Position numbers and translations under genes: made by a program. DNA of 58,488 nucleotides from an uncultured Bdellovibrio sp. (GTDB lineage Bacteria > Bdellovibrionota > UBA1018), in contig CAZBEI010000111.1 of NCBI GenBank assembly GCA_964490895.1, positions 1 to 58,488 of the forward strand, read 5' to 3'. The notes below the pieces were generated by a model, which did not search any database, had not been told where the DNA came from, and saw nothing but the letters and a program-made list of their open reading frames with translations. Positions 44,683 to 54,996 of the stretch are shown in pieces; within the stretch, counting starts at the first letter, position 1; every line of letters starts with the position of its first letter.

Positions 44683-46425
44683 CTATATGCTGACGGTCTG
44701 GTGGCCGCGTTTCTCTAAAATCGTCAAGTACCAATCAAAAATAAGTTTACAGGCAAAAATAGCGGTAAATAAAGTGGTCACAATTCCGATGAGCATCGTC
44801 ACCGCAAATCCTTTGATCGGACCTGTCCCATAGATCAGCAAAACAACGGCTGCAGCAGCATTGGTGACGTTGGCATCCAAAATAGTCCGAAAGGCCTTTT
44901 GAAATCCCGCCTCCACCGCACCCTGCGGTCTTTTGCCATGTCTTAACTCTTCTCTAATTCTTTCGTATATGACAACGTTAGAGTCCACGGCAATGCCAAC
45001 AGTCAAAGCAATTCCAGCAATACCAGGCAAAGTGAGCGTGGCCTCGAGTCCGACCAGCGAAGCCAGCACAAACAAGACGTTGAGTAAAAGTGAAACCACA
45101 GCAATCGCACCACTGACACGGTAATAAAATAAAACAAATAAAAATACGGCCAAAGAACCCATAAGGCTAGCCATGGCTCCCTTGCGAATAGAATCTTGCC
45201 CAAGCGATGGCCCTACCACTCTTTGCTCTAAAAATTCAAGTTGAGCCGGCAACGCTCCTGCTCTCAAAACAATGGCTAAATCCTTTGCCTCCCGCATGAG
45301 CTGTTCTCCATTGCCAGTGCCTAAAGTAATTTGGCCTCGCCCAGAAATCTTGGATTGGATCGTGGGAGCGGAGTAAACAATGCCATCTAAGACAATAGCT
45401 AAACGCTCTTTTAGATGCTCGCCCGTTAGTTTTTCAAATAGGGTGGCACCTCTTGCATTCATAGTAAAACTGACAATCGGGCGCTGGCTCTCTGAATCAA
45501 AACCAACATTGGCGTCTTGGAGGTCATTGCCGGTCACCTCGGTCTTTGACCTGAGAAGATAAGGGCGGCGGCGTGAAGCCTCAAGACTCTCACCCTCTTC
45601 TTTTAACTCTTGTAAGCCTCTGACTCTTTCGAATGCAATTTCGTCTGCCTCTGGGATTTTTCCTTTGGCAAGCTCATTTATTTTTTGGACATATTCTGAA
45701 AACTTCTGTCCTTCTTTGTACGTAAACTGATTTTCTTTTTCGAGGTCTGCAATCAGCTTAGCCACTTGCGAAGGAGGCATGGACTTGTCATCGGCAATCT
45801 TAAATTCTAACTTCGCAGTCCGACCAATGAGCTGTTTAGCTCTATCAACTTCTCGAATACCAGGGAGCTCCACCACCACTCGATCTGTTCCCTGAGAGGC
45901 AATCGCGGGCTCAGAAACTCCAAACTCGTCTACTCTATTGCGAATAACCTGAATGCTTTGATTCAGTGTTTTATCCTTAATTTCAACCCGCTGTTCTCGG
46001 GAAAGTCCCAGCTCAAACCGCCCTGGCTGATCTCCAATAAGTCGCAAGATACTAAAATCTTTTTTAATCACTTTATAAATATCGTCGCGCTTGAGAGCAT
46101 CAAACTCTACGACAATACGCGGGTCATCTGCTGGAACTCCATCCCGTAGAGTTTTCACACTCGTGGTCGGAATATTTTTTTCTTTTAGACTCTCCTGCAA
46201 AATTCCAGCTTGACGGTCCATCACCTCTTTATAAACTTTGTTAAAATCCACGCCTAAAACCAAATAGAGCCCACCCTGGAGATCGAGGCCTAGGTTTATT
46301 TTTTTCTTAAATGGAAATTTTGTTTTCTCAAGATCTAACTGTGCAAGTGTTGGAAAGACATAGACCGCTGAAAGCCCTGTAAAAAACAGGAGGAGGACAA
46401 GTTTTCCCCACCAGCTGCGTGTCAT
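44683..46425 (-). CDS. secD: Protein translocase subunit SecD
   Basis: Motif LGLDLQGG, a large periplasmic domain and a C-terminal TM bundle. Confidence 0.95.
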   Translation of the reverse strand: MTRSWWGKLVLLLFFTGLSAVYVFPTLAQLDLEKTKFPFKKKINLGLDLQGGLYLVLGVDFNKVYKEVMDRQAGILQESLKEKNIPTTSVKTLRDGVPADDPRIVVEFDALKRDDIYKVIKKDFSILRLIGDQPGRFELGLSREQRVEIKDKTLNQSIQVIRNRVDEFGVSEPAIASQGTDRVVVELPGIREVDRAKQLIGRTAKLEFKIADDKSMPPSQVAKLIADLEKENQFTYKEGQKFSEYVQKINELAKGKIPEADEIAFERVRGLQELKEEGESLEASRRRPYLLRSKTEVTGNDLQDANVGFDSESQRPIVSFTMNARGATLFEKLTGEHLKERLAIVLDGIVYSAPTIQSKISGRGQITLGTGNGEQLMREAKDLAIVLRAGALPAQLEFLEQRVVGPSLGQDSIRKGAMASLMGSLAVFLFVLFYYRVSGAIAVVSLLLNVLFVLASLVGLEATLTLPGIAGIALTVGIAVDSNVVIYERIREELRHGKRPQGAVEAGFQKAFRTILDANVTNAAAAVVLLIYGTGPIKGFAVTMLIGIVTTLFTAIFACKLIFDWYLTILEKRGHQTVSI

Positions 46426-46808
46426 ACAATCTCCTTAATTTGTCCCTTGATGACTTGAGCAATATGACTTTTTAAGATCTTCACCTTTACGTTATCTGCA
46501 ATTTCGACTGTCACAACCTTATCTGTAATACCTGTAATTTTTCCGAGTATGCCTGAATTCATTAAAACCTGATCACCATGGGCAAGCGCACCGAGCATGT
46601 TTTGCTGTTCTTTAGCCTTTTTTTGTTGCGGTCTTATCATTAAAAAATAAATAACCGCAAACATAAGAGCAAATGGAAAGAGCATGGACCCGAAACCAGG
46701 CTGAGAAGGAACGCCTCCCCCCGGAGCACTTTGGAGTGGACTCCCTCCAGCGGGTACGGCCGGAGCATCTGCAAAAGCAACACTACTTAAAAAAGACATG
46801 AAATACAT
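46422..46808 (-). CDS. yajC: Preprotein translocase subunit YajC
   Basis: Motifs IRPQQKKAKEQQNML and GDQVLMNSGILGKI. tgt-yajC-secDF synteny. Confidence 0.9.
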   Translation of the reverse strand: MYFMSFLSSVAFADAPAVPAGGSPLQSAPGGGVPSQPGFGSMLFPFALMFAVIYFLMIRPQQKKAKEQQNMLGALAHGDQVLMNSGILGKITGITDKVVTVEIADNVKVKILKSHIAQVIKGQIKEIV

Positions 46809-46811
46809 AAC

Positions 46812-47969
<1,158 letters not shown>

Positions 47970-48656
47970 CTATGTAAAAAATGGATTTTCTCTTTTTTCA
48001 ATTCCTACTTTTGTCTCAGGCCCATGCCCAGGACAAACGAGCGTGTCGTCATCTAAGGTAAAAATCCGACTGCGGATGCTGTTAAACAAAAGATCTTGGT
48101 CACCACCCCACAGATCTGTGCGGCCTACACTTCCCTGAAACAACGTGTCTCCAGAAAACAGAGCTTCTTTTATACCTATAGCACTGTCTTCATATAATCT
48201 AATCGACACACTGCCCGGGCTGTGTCCGGGGGTATGGAGGATAGAAAACTTTAGACTCCCCACTTGTAAAACCTCCTCGTCACTCAAATAGTGATCCAGG
48301 GGCAAGGGGTCTTCGAAATTCAAACTAAAGAGACGACCCTGCATTTTAAGCTGTTTGTACAAAGGCTCGTCATCTCTATGAAGCGCAATTTTGGGTGCAT
48401 TCAATAAACCCTCTTTGACCCCTCGAGTTGCGCCGATGTGATCCAAATGGGCATGGGTTTGGATCAAAAATTTTACCTGTAGCGCCTGACCTGATGGAGT
48501 TTTTAAGGTCTTAATTAAATCTAAAATTTTCCCAGACTCATCTCCTGGATCTATGACAAGCGCCTCGCCACTGAGCGGACAAGCCAAGACCCTACAATTG
48601 CACTGAAACGGACCCACGACTAAAGTCTTATCGATGACTTTTACTGGCACTTCCAC
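47970..48656 (-). CDS. MBL-fold metallo-hydrolase (glyoxalase II-like)
   Basis: HAHLDH (HxHxDH) motif with downstream His/Asp ligands. 228 aa. Confidence 0.85.
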   Translation of the reverse strand: MEVPVKVIDKTLVVGPFQCNCRVLACPLSGEALVIDPGDESGKILDLIKTLKTPSGQALQVKFLIQTHAHLDHIGATRGVKEGLLNAPKIALHRDDEPLYKQLKMQGRLFSLNFEDPLPLDHYLSDEEVLQVGSLKFSILHTPGHSPGSVSIRLYEDSAIGIKEALFSGDTLFQGSVGRTDLWGGDQDLLFNSIRSRIFTLDDDTLVCPGHGPETKVGIEKRENPFFT

Positions 48657-48675
48657 AGGGGTGGAAGCTACCTTA

Positions 48676-49215
48676 TTAATTTATTAACTTCATCCAAGAA
48701 ATGCTGCAATTTGTACTCCAAGTTTCGTGCGAATAACAGCAGTAAGGAAGATTTCCGCTTGGAGGCCAGCATCTATTGTGGCCAGGAAGTCCGCCCCATC
48801 CGCCGCCACATCCCCACCCAGGGAGATCAACGTAGGTATATTTGCATGCCACAGCTGCATCCATCAAAGAGGTGTTTTTGTTGGCCTTAGCAAAAGCTTG
48901 GGCCGAATAAGTTTTCACAGATGGCCTACCCTGGCGGTCATATTGAACATTTAAGATCTCAGTCTCAACGTTTACGTCTTTTACACCATTAAAGTGACTC
49001 TTGACTTGGGCCATCCCCTCTAATGTCCCGAAGTCTTTCAAAGCGCCCTCACTTAAAGTTTCCTTAAATTTTTCGAATTTTCCAGCTTGAGCTTTATTGA
49101 TAGCCCTCTCTATAACGCCCTCAGCGCTCGAAGAGCCCCCAGCGTTTGCAAAAGCAACGGTGAAAATAATGGACGAAATAAAAACAAATAACCCTAAAAT
49201 CCCTATTTTTTTCAT
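48676..49215 (-). CDS. Secreted protein with Cys/Trp/Gly-rich C-terminus (hypothetical)
   Basis: AAGGGGG RBS. Signal peptide ...FTVAFA. C-terminus WGCGGGWGGLPGHNRCWPPSGNLPYCCYSHETWSTNC. Confidence 0.6.
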   Translation of the reverse strand: MKKIGILGLFVFISSIIFTVAFANAGGSSSAEGVIERAINKAQAGKFEKFKETLSEGALKDFGTLEGMAQVKSHFNGVKDVNVETEILNVQYDRQGRPSVKTYSAQAFAKANKNTSLMDAAVACKYTYVDLPGWGCGGGWGGLPGHNRCWPPSGNLPYCCYSHETWSTNCSISWMKLIN

Positions 49216-49308
49216 AAATCCCCCTTTTGTTTGAGTTCTATACTAACGATTCAGAAATCACAATACTATATTTTGAATACAAAGTTCTCTCTGTGCATGA
49301 GTAGCTTC

Positions 49309-49824
49309 CTATTGCACCTCAGCAATCAAACAGACCATGCTCTCTGATTTTGGCTCTTTACACGACTTGGGCTGTGAAAAATCACATAAAAGGGTTGTAC
49401 GGATAATGACTTGAAACGGATCAATCTCTTGGCCTTGCTTTTTGCCTAAAACATCAGCCTGGTAAATTTTTCTCAGTTCTCTTCCGCAGGTGTCAAAGTC
49501 TGTCTTTAGCCATTCTGGCTCTTTGAGCTCCACTTCCATTCCAAGCAACCGTCTTTGAATAATACAGATGCCCTTTTCATTGCCATAGAAACCAAGTGCG
49601 TTATCTCTCAGTGTCTGGGTAAATGCTTTCAAATCATTATCAATCAGGGCATTATAGGCTGTATTTGCCACGCCTTTTGGGGTGTTAGTGGCCGGGCACC
49701 CTACAAAAAAAACACATGCACAAAGGATGGCAAAAAATAATTTAACAACTCTCGTCATTATAGTCTGTTTATGGTCTGTATGATGGTCTGTATGGTCATA
49801 GTCTGTTTTCTCAAATTTTGTCAC
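49309..49824 (-). CDS. Putative lipoprotein, paralog-like to 48676-49215 (start ambiguous: GTG 49824 or ATG 49758)
   Basis: MTRVVKLFFAILCACVFFVG-C lipobox if the start is 49758. GTG 49824 overlaps the queA stop (GTGA) and would add a TDYDHTDHHTDH leader. Confidence 0.55.
   Translation of the reverse strand: MTKFEKTDYDHTDHHTDHKQTIMTRVVKLFFAILCACVFFVGCPATNTPKGVANTAYNALIDNDLKAFTQTLRDNALGFYGNEKGICIIQRRLLGMEVELKEPEWLKTDFDTCGRELRKIYQADVLGKKQGQEIDPFQVIIRTTLLCDFSQPKSCKEPKSESMVCLIAEVQ
49760..49808. repeat. Array of four 11-mer direct repeats
   Basis: ATAGTCTGTTT (49760-70), ATGGTCTGTAT (49771-81), ATGGTCTGTAT (49783-93), ATAGTCTGTTT (49798-808). Core (A/G)GTCTGT occurs at 11-, 12- and 15-nt intervals. 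Confidence 0.85.
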
Positions 49825-50873
49825 AAAATCAACATCGCATCTCCAAAGCTATAAAACCGATACCCTAGGCCGATAGCCTCTTGATAGGCAGACAAAACGA
49901 AATCTTTCCCAGCAAAAGCACAAACGAGCATCAAAAGTGTTGATCGAGGGAGATGAAAGTTAGTGATCATAGCATCTACAAAATGAAAACCCTGATCTCC
50001 TCCGGGATACAAAAAGAGCCGCGTATTTCTAACTCCAGATAGGATCCCCCCATCCCAAGCGCTTTCTAAAGTTCGGGCCGACGTGGTCCCAACCGCAATG
50101 ATTCTACGCCCTTGTCTTTTAAAATGGTCCAAATTCCGTGCTGTATTTTCAGAAATTTCAAAAATTTCTTCGTGCATCTGATGGTCACGAATGTCGTGCG
50201 TTTTGACAGGTCTAAAAGTTCCGAGCCCTACATGCAAAGTGATTTCTTCCCAACCTATGTTTTGAGTCTTTAACTTTTCTGTTAAAAAAGAAGTAAAATG
50301 AAATCCTGCCGTAGGTGCTGCTGCAGATCCCTCTTTTTTTGCATAAATAGTCTGGTAGAACTCTTCTTCTCCGTCTTGGGAGCGGATATAAGGGGGCAGA
50401 GGGACTCGCCCGGCACCGCACTTCAAAGGATCCCGATTAAACTGGACCCACACCGTTCCGAATGGAGAGGCCGCCGAAGGGCTTACTATTTTACCGATGA
50501 GGCCTTTTGAATCGAGAGTTTGTACATAGAACTCAAATCCAATCCTAGCTCGACCACTGGCATGAAAGGCTCCCTCCCATAACTCGGGACCCTTTTCCTT
50601 TAAAAGTAAAAACTCGACCTTACCGGCCAAAGCATAACCGGGTCCTCTGCGGTTTCCAATGAGGCGGGCCCTCATCACTTTAGAATTATTCGCAACCAAA
50701 ACGTCCTGTGATTGGAGTAAATCTGGCAACTCTCGAAATACGTGATGCTCCCAAGTGCCTTTTTTTCGATCAAGGACCATCAACCGTGAGGAATCCCTAG
50801 GATTTGCGGGAATTTGCGCAATCCTTTCTTGCGGGAGTTTAAAATCATAGGACTTCGTATCAAATTCGAGCAC
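49821..50873 (-). CDS. queA: S-adenosylmethionine:tRNA ribosyltransferase-isomerase
   Basis: Motifs DSSRLMVL, VGLGTFRPV and AVGTTSARTLES. Confidence 0.95.
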   Translation of the reverse strand: MLEFDTKSYDFKLPQERIAQIPANPRDSSRLMVLDRKKGTWEHHVFRELPDLLQSQDVLVANNSKVMRARLIGNRRGPGYALAGKVEFLLLKEKGPELWEGAFHASGRARIGFEFYVQTLDSKGLIGKIVSPSAASPFGTVWVQFNRDPLKCGAGRVPLPPYIRSQDGEEEFYQTIYAKKEGSAAAPTAGFHFTSFLTEKLKTQNIGWEEITLHVGLGTFRPVKTHDIRDHQMHEEIFEISENTARNLDHFKRQGRRIIAVGTTSARTLESAWDGGILSGVRNTRLFLYPGGDQGFHFVDAMITNFHLPRSTLLMLVCAFAGKDFVLSAYQEAIGLGYRFYSFGDAMLIL

Positions 50874-50877
50874 AGAC

Positions 50878-52440
50878 TCAGCTATTTACCACAGTTTTTT
50901 TAATTTTGCTCAAACCAATGCTCAAAGAAAGCCAAAAAAAGAGAGAGGATGGAGAGTAAAGAACTCCTTCGGACACAAAAAAACCACCGACTAAACTAGA
51001 CAGAGGACCTATAGCACAAGTCCAGATCAAGAGCCTTGAGTCATCTGGAATGTTTTTTGAAATTGCCTTTTTAATTAAATAAACAATAATAGAAAAAACT
51101 AAAACCAACCAAGACAAAGTGCCCAAAATCCCAATTTCTGTTATCAATGCTGCAATGGCATTATCTGTAAACATGTACCGCATTCCATAGGTCGTTTCTT
51201 GGGCAAATTGTTCAGCCCAAGGACCGCTGCTCGAACCTGTACGGGAAAGTCCAATTCCTAGAGGAATTTCTGAAATCAACCTTGTCCATTGCTCCACAAC
51301 ATCGCCTCTAGCGCTTCCATAGTGTTGAACATCCGAAAGAGTAGACATCCTCCTATTGAGTTGCAAAAACTGATCTGCGGTAATCAAACTTTCTGTCTCT
51401 CCTCCTATTTCCTGAAATCCAAATTGAGCATTCTGTTGCTGAATTTGCTTTAAAACCACTCCTGATATGTAACCCAGCAAGGAAATGACAGAGACTAAAA
51501 AGACAATGGCAACTACAATTTTTTTAGCCATATTTCTCTGCGGAAACAGGCATACGCCAAAAACCGAAAAAACAGAGAGAACAATGGCCATTCGTGTTTG
51601 ACAAAAAATAAGGGTTGGAATTGCAAACAAGAAAAATAAAACCGGAAGCAATTTGAATTTCATAGATTTATGTTCTACAAATAACAAATAGGTAGCAAAC
51701 GGAACATTGACATAAATCCATGTTGCAGGAGCAGCAGGAATCGCAGTTGTTCCAATGGGTCTGTAAAGATGATTAGAATATTTATCTGTATAATATTCTA
51801 AAAACGAGAAGTGAGTCAACTTTGCCAACACATTGACATAGTCCTTAAAAAAAAGATACTCGACTGTTGCAAAAATGGATTCAAATGTAGCCAAACCAAC
51901 CACCAAAACCAATAGTTTTAATATGTTTTCTTTATTTAAATGATGATAAGCCAGATAAAACAAAGTGATGCCACTGAAATAAACTTTATAACTTGCCAGC
52001 GAAGGCAGAAGAGCTTTCACGGGATTGAGTGCCATAAAGAGAGAGCTATTAAAAAGGGTCAACCCGAAAGGATTAAAAAACTGTAAAAAAATAAATATCG
52101 CATAAATCAGAAATAATGGAAAAAAGGGGGTCCTCTCAATCCTCAAAATACTGTTCCGCGAACTCTTGAAAGACCTAAACAGAAGCGTAAGAAGCACAAC
52201 ATCTTGGGCAACGTGCACAAAGTGGTGATAATGAGAAAACAATTTAAAAACTCCGTCTATAATCAGATAGATAAAAAGTCCAAAAATAGCCTCTTCGATG
52301 GGGAGAATCCACGACAGTCCAAAAACAAATAAACCAGAAAGAACAACCGCAGCTACCTTTAAGCCCAGCCCAAAAGCAATGACAGAAGCAAACACAATAC
52401 ATAAGACAAAATAGGTTATTTTTTCTTTATTGGTTTTCAA
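50878..52440 (-). CDS. O-antigen ligase/polymerase-like (Wzy_C family) polytopic membrane protein
   Basis: At least 10 TM segments. Large loop with GSARGDVVEQWTRLISEIPLGIGLSRTG, matching the R-x3-W ... P-x-G-x-G pattern of the WaaL/Wzy_C domain. Confidence 0.65.
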   Translation of the reverse strand: MKTNKEKITYFVLCIVFASVIAFGLGLKVAAVVLSGLFVFGLSWILPIEEAIFGLFIYLIIDGVFKLFSHYHHFVHVAQDVVLLTLLFRSFKSSRNSILRIERTPFFPLFLIYAIFIFLQFFNPFGLTLFNSSLFMALNPVKALLPSLASYKVYFSGITLFYLAYHHLNKENILKLLVLVVGLATFESIFATVEYLFFKDYVNVLAKLTHFSFLEYYTDKYSNHLYRPIGTTAIPAAPATWIYVNVPFATYLLFVEHKSMKFKLLPVLFFLFAIPTLIFCQTRMAIVLSVFSVFGVCLFPQRNMAKKIVVAIVFLVSVISLLGYISGVVLKQIQQQNAQFGFQEIGGETESLITADQFLQLNRRMSTLSDVQHYGSARGDVVEQWTRLISEIPLGIGLSRTGSSSGPWAEQFAQETTYGMRYMFTDNAIAALITEIGILGTLSWLVLVFSIIVYLIKKAISKNIPDDSRLLIWTCAIGPLSSLVGGFFVSEGVLYSPSSLFFWLSLSIGLSKIKKTVVNS

Positions 52441-52504
52441 AGGACCTCTCTCCTTAAAAGATCGGAGTAAAAATGCCAGAAATTAAACAAAACAACAGGC
52501 GGCG

Positions 52505-53914
52505 TCAAATTCTTGGCAGTTCAAAAATCTCAAACATGGGATTGGCAAAAACGCGCTTTAGCCGCGTCGCATTTCTCTGAATAAAGGCGGGTTCAAAATC
52601 TCTCAATTCTGTCAACAATCCAGATTTAATAAAATGAGTGGCATGGATGGATTTAAAAAAATCAAACAACTCTGCATCCGATTTGGGCAAGAAGGCATTG
52701 GTCGAGGTCCTCTCAGCCAAGAGACTGATATGGGTCGGCCGGTCAAAAATAATCACATCTGTCATTTTCGTATGAGTCCGAACAAAATCAAACATTTCTG
52801 TGGCCAGGGGATGATCGGCCTCGTTCAGTTTTTTCCATTCTAACGTCGAGTATTTTGCCAAATAAACAAAGGACAAAATGACCAAGAAAGAATAGGCTAA
52901 CTTTTTACTAACCCACAAAGAATTGAGTAAAAACTGAAACCCATAATAAAAATACAATGGCGTAATGGGCAACAGCAGACGTATGCCAGGTGTGTACACC
53001 CAAAATAACAGGGGGATGGGGTAGGCCAGAAAGAAAACTTCACAGATCGTTATTTTGTTCTTAACTTGCCCTATAAAACCTAAAAGAGAAAAAATACTAA
53101 AGACCACAAACAAGATCTGCCGCCCTAAGGGCCAATATCCATTTTCAAAAAAAACAGAGGGCTGACCCGCATAAATCCTCAAATTAGTTAAAAATAAGTT
53201 GAAATCAATTTTAAAAAGTGGCAATTGAGTTTTTAAACTTTCTGCCTTTAGAACTAAACTTTGCAACAAAACAAACCCGAAAAATGCCAGCAAACAGCTC
53301 GTCGCGTAACGTGTTATTTTCTTATTCCTACAAAAATCATAAACAACAAAAACCAACACAAGCGTCAACGCGGTGTGCTTGGTGGCAAACAGCAAATAAA
53401 GAAAAAAACCACTCAAAATTCCAGATTTTATTTTTGACGAAGAGTCGTAGCCGAGCTCAATACAGTAAAGACATACATACGTTAAAAAAAGAAATAAAAT
53501 ATCTGCACCATATTCTTTGAGCTGGAGGCCCTTATAATTAAGTCCATAAAACAAAAGGAGTAAGACGAGATTAAAAAAAGGCATTTTTTTGTAAAAAGCA
53601 AGGCTCATTGCTAAAAGGGCTAGCATCATTAGAAAAACAGTCACTGTTTTTAAAGCAATCAAATCATTGCCAAATATTTTATAAATAGGTGCTAAAATCA
53701 GGGGATAGAGGGGGGGGTAAGACTTAGGGTGTAACGAAAGATGGGAGTTAAAAATAAAATGATTGTCGTTATAATCCACCCCTTCGGCTATATTTTTGGC
53801 ATGATGGATATAGGCTTGAAAATCAGTAATCCACAATTGCCCATCCTGAATTGTCAGTTTATAGACTATACCGATCGACAGAATAACAAGGAAAACAGAA
53901 AGAATCTGCTTCAT
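52505..53914 (-). CDS. GT-C fold glycosyltransferase, ArnT/PMT_2-like
   Basis: About 11 TM segments. First-loop acidic/aromatic motif (TDFQAYIHHAKNIAEG) followed by YPPLYPLILAP, characteristic of PMT_2/ArnT-type enzymes. Confidence 0.6.
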   Translation of the reverse strand: MKQILSVFLVILSIGIVYKLTIQDGQLWITDFQAYIHHAKNIAEGVDYNDNHFIFNSHLSLHPKSYPPLYPLILAPIYKIFGNDLIALKTVTVFLMMLALLAMSLAFYKKMPFFNLVLLLLFYGLNYKGLQLKEYGADILFLFLTYVCLYCIELGYDSSSKIKSGILSGFFLYLLFATKHTALTLVLVFVVYDFCRNKKITRYATSCLLAFFGFVLLQSLVLKAESLKTQLPLFKIDFNLFLTNLRIYAGQPSVFFENGYWPLGRQILFVVFSIFSLLGFIGQVKNKITICEVFFLAYPIPLLFWVYTPGIRLLLPITPLYFYYGFQFLLNSLWVSKKLAYSFLVILSFVYLAKYSTLEWKKLNEADHPLATEMFDFVRTHTKMTDVIIFDRPTHISLLAERTSTNAFLPKSDAELFDFFKSIHATHFIKSGLLTELRDFEPAFIQRNATRLKRVFANPMFEIFELPRI

Positions 53915-53919
53915 TCAGG

Positions 53920-54759
53920 TCAACCCTCTTTTATCTTTCCACCAAATTTCCAAGAATTTCCATTCCTCATAATAATATAAGTGCTCAATGGGTCCACTTG
54001 CTCATAACTTTTGAGCCAATCAGAAACCGTCTCATAACTCAGATAGGCTGTTTGAGGGCTGACCAATTGATCAAATGCAACATGACAAAAAAAAGAAAAA
54101 TCTCTTTTTGCAATCCATAAACTATATTGATAAAGGGGGAGTTTTTTAAAAATAAAAATGTGTTTAAAGCGAAAGATGAGCTTTGCATACAAAAAAAAGA
54201 GCGCAGCAAGCGGTGCTGCAATTAAGTACTTTACAATCCACCAAGGAAAATGCGAAACAAGCATTCGTAAGGGGTCCACAAAAAACAAGATCAACATATT
54301 TCCTTCTCTCGCATATACCCAACAATGGAATTTGCCTCCCTTTTTTACATTTCGAATTACTGCATCCATCCCCTTTTTTGGCACTTTGAGATGATGCAGC
54401 ACGCCAATGCAATAAACCAAATCAAAACCAGGGCTTTGGTACTGCGTTAAATCTCCTTTTATGATTTTCCAGTTTTTAAATGAACCCAGAGACATGTTCT
54501 TCATTGCGGAATGAATGGAATCACCCAAGTCTATGCCCTCGAGCAAGGAGGGCTCCCACCGGCTCATATGAGCCAACAGACTCCCATTTCCACACCCTAA
54601 CTCTAGGACGTCTTTGCCCATCGCGTCGTTCTTTTGGAGGGGGCTGAGCCAGTCTTCGAATTGGTCTTGAGTATAAATCGAACCCAAAGGAAGGTTATTC
54701 CAGGAGGTTGAAAAAGCATCTGCCGTTTGTTGATCTTCAGAAGTTTTTATTTTTTCCAT
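53920..54759 (-). CDS. Class I SAM-dependent methyltransferase with C-terminal membrane hairpin
   Basis: Motif I VLELGCGNG and motif II DLVYCIGVLHH. About 2-3 hydrophobic helices after residue 165. Confidence 0.8.
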   Translation of the reverse strand: MEKIKTSEDQQTADAFSTSWNNLPLGSIYTQDQFEDWLSPLQKNDAMGKDVLELGCGNGSLLAHMSRWEPSLLEGIDLGDSIHSAMKNMSLGSFKNWKIIKGDLTQYQSPGFDLVYCIGVLHHLKVPKKGMDAVIRNVKKGGKFHCWVYAREGNMLILFFVDPLRMLVSHFPWWIVKYLIAAPLAALFFLYAKLIFRFKHIFIFKKLPLYQYSLWIAKRDFSFFCHVAFDQLVSPQTAYLSYETVSDWLKSYEQVDPLSTYIIMRNGNSWKFGGKIKEG

Positions 54760-54996
54760 ATTTTATTTAATATAAGTAAACTTAAAGACTAGTTTCTCAA
54801 ATCCACACAACATTCAATTTCAGGGTAACACATTTTGATTAACCCATTCTATCACTTTTATTGAATCAAGCCTAAAACCCCGGAGGCCACTTTTGGGTGG
54901 CCACCAGGGTAAAACAATTTTTCAAGGAATAAAACTTTTAGGAAATATAAATTAATTTGTCATGAACCCTGTATTTTGATAAACTACAACCATTCA

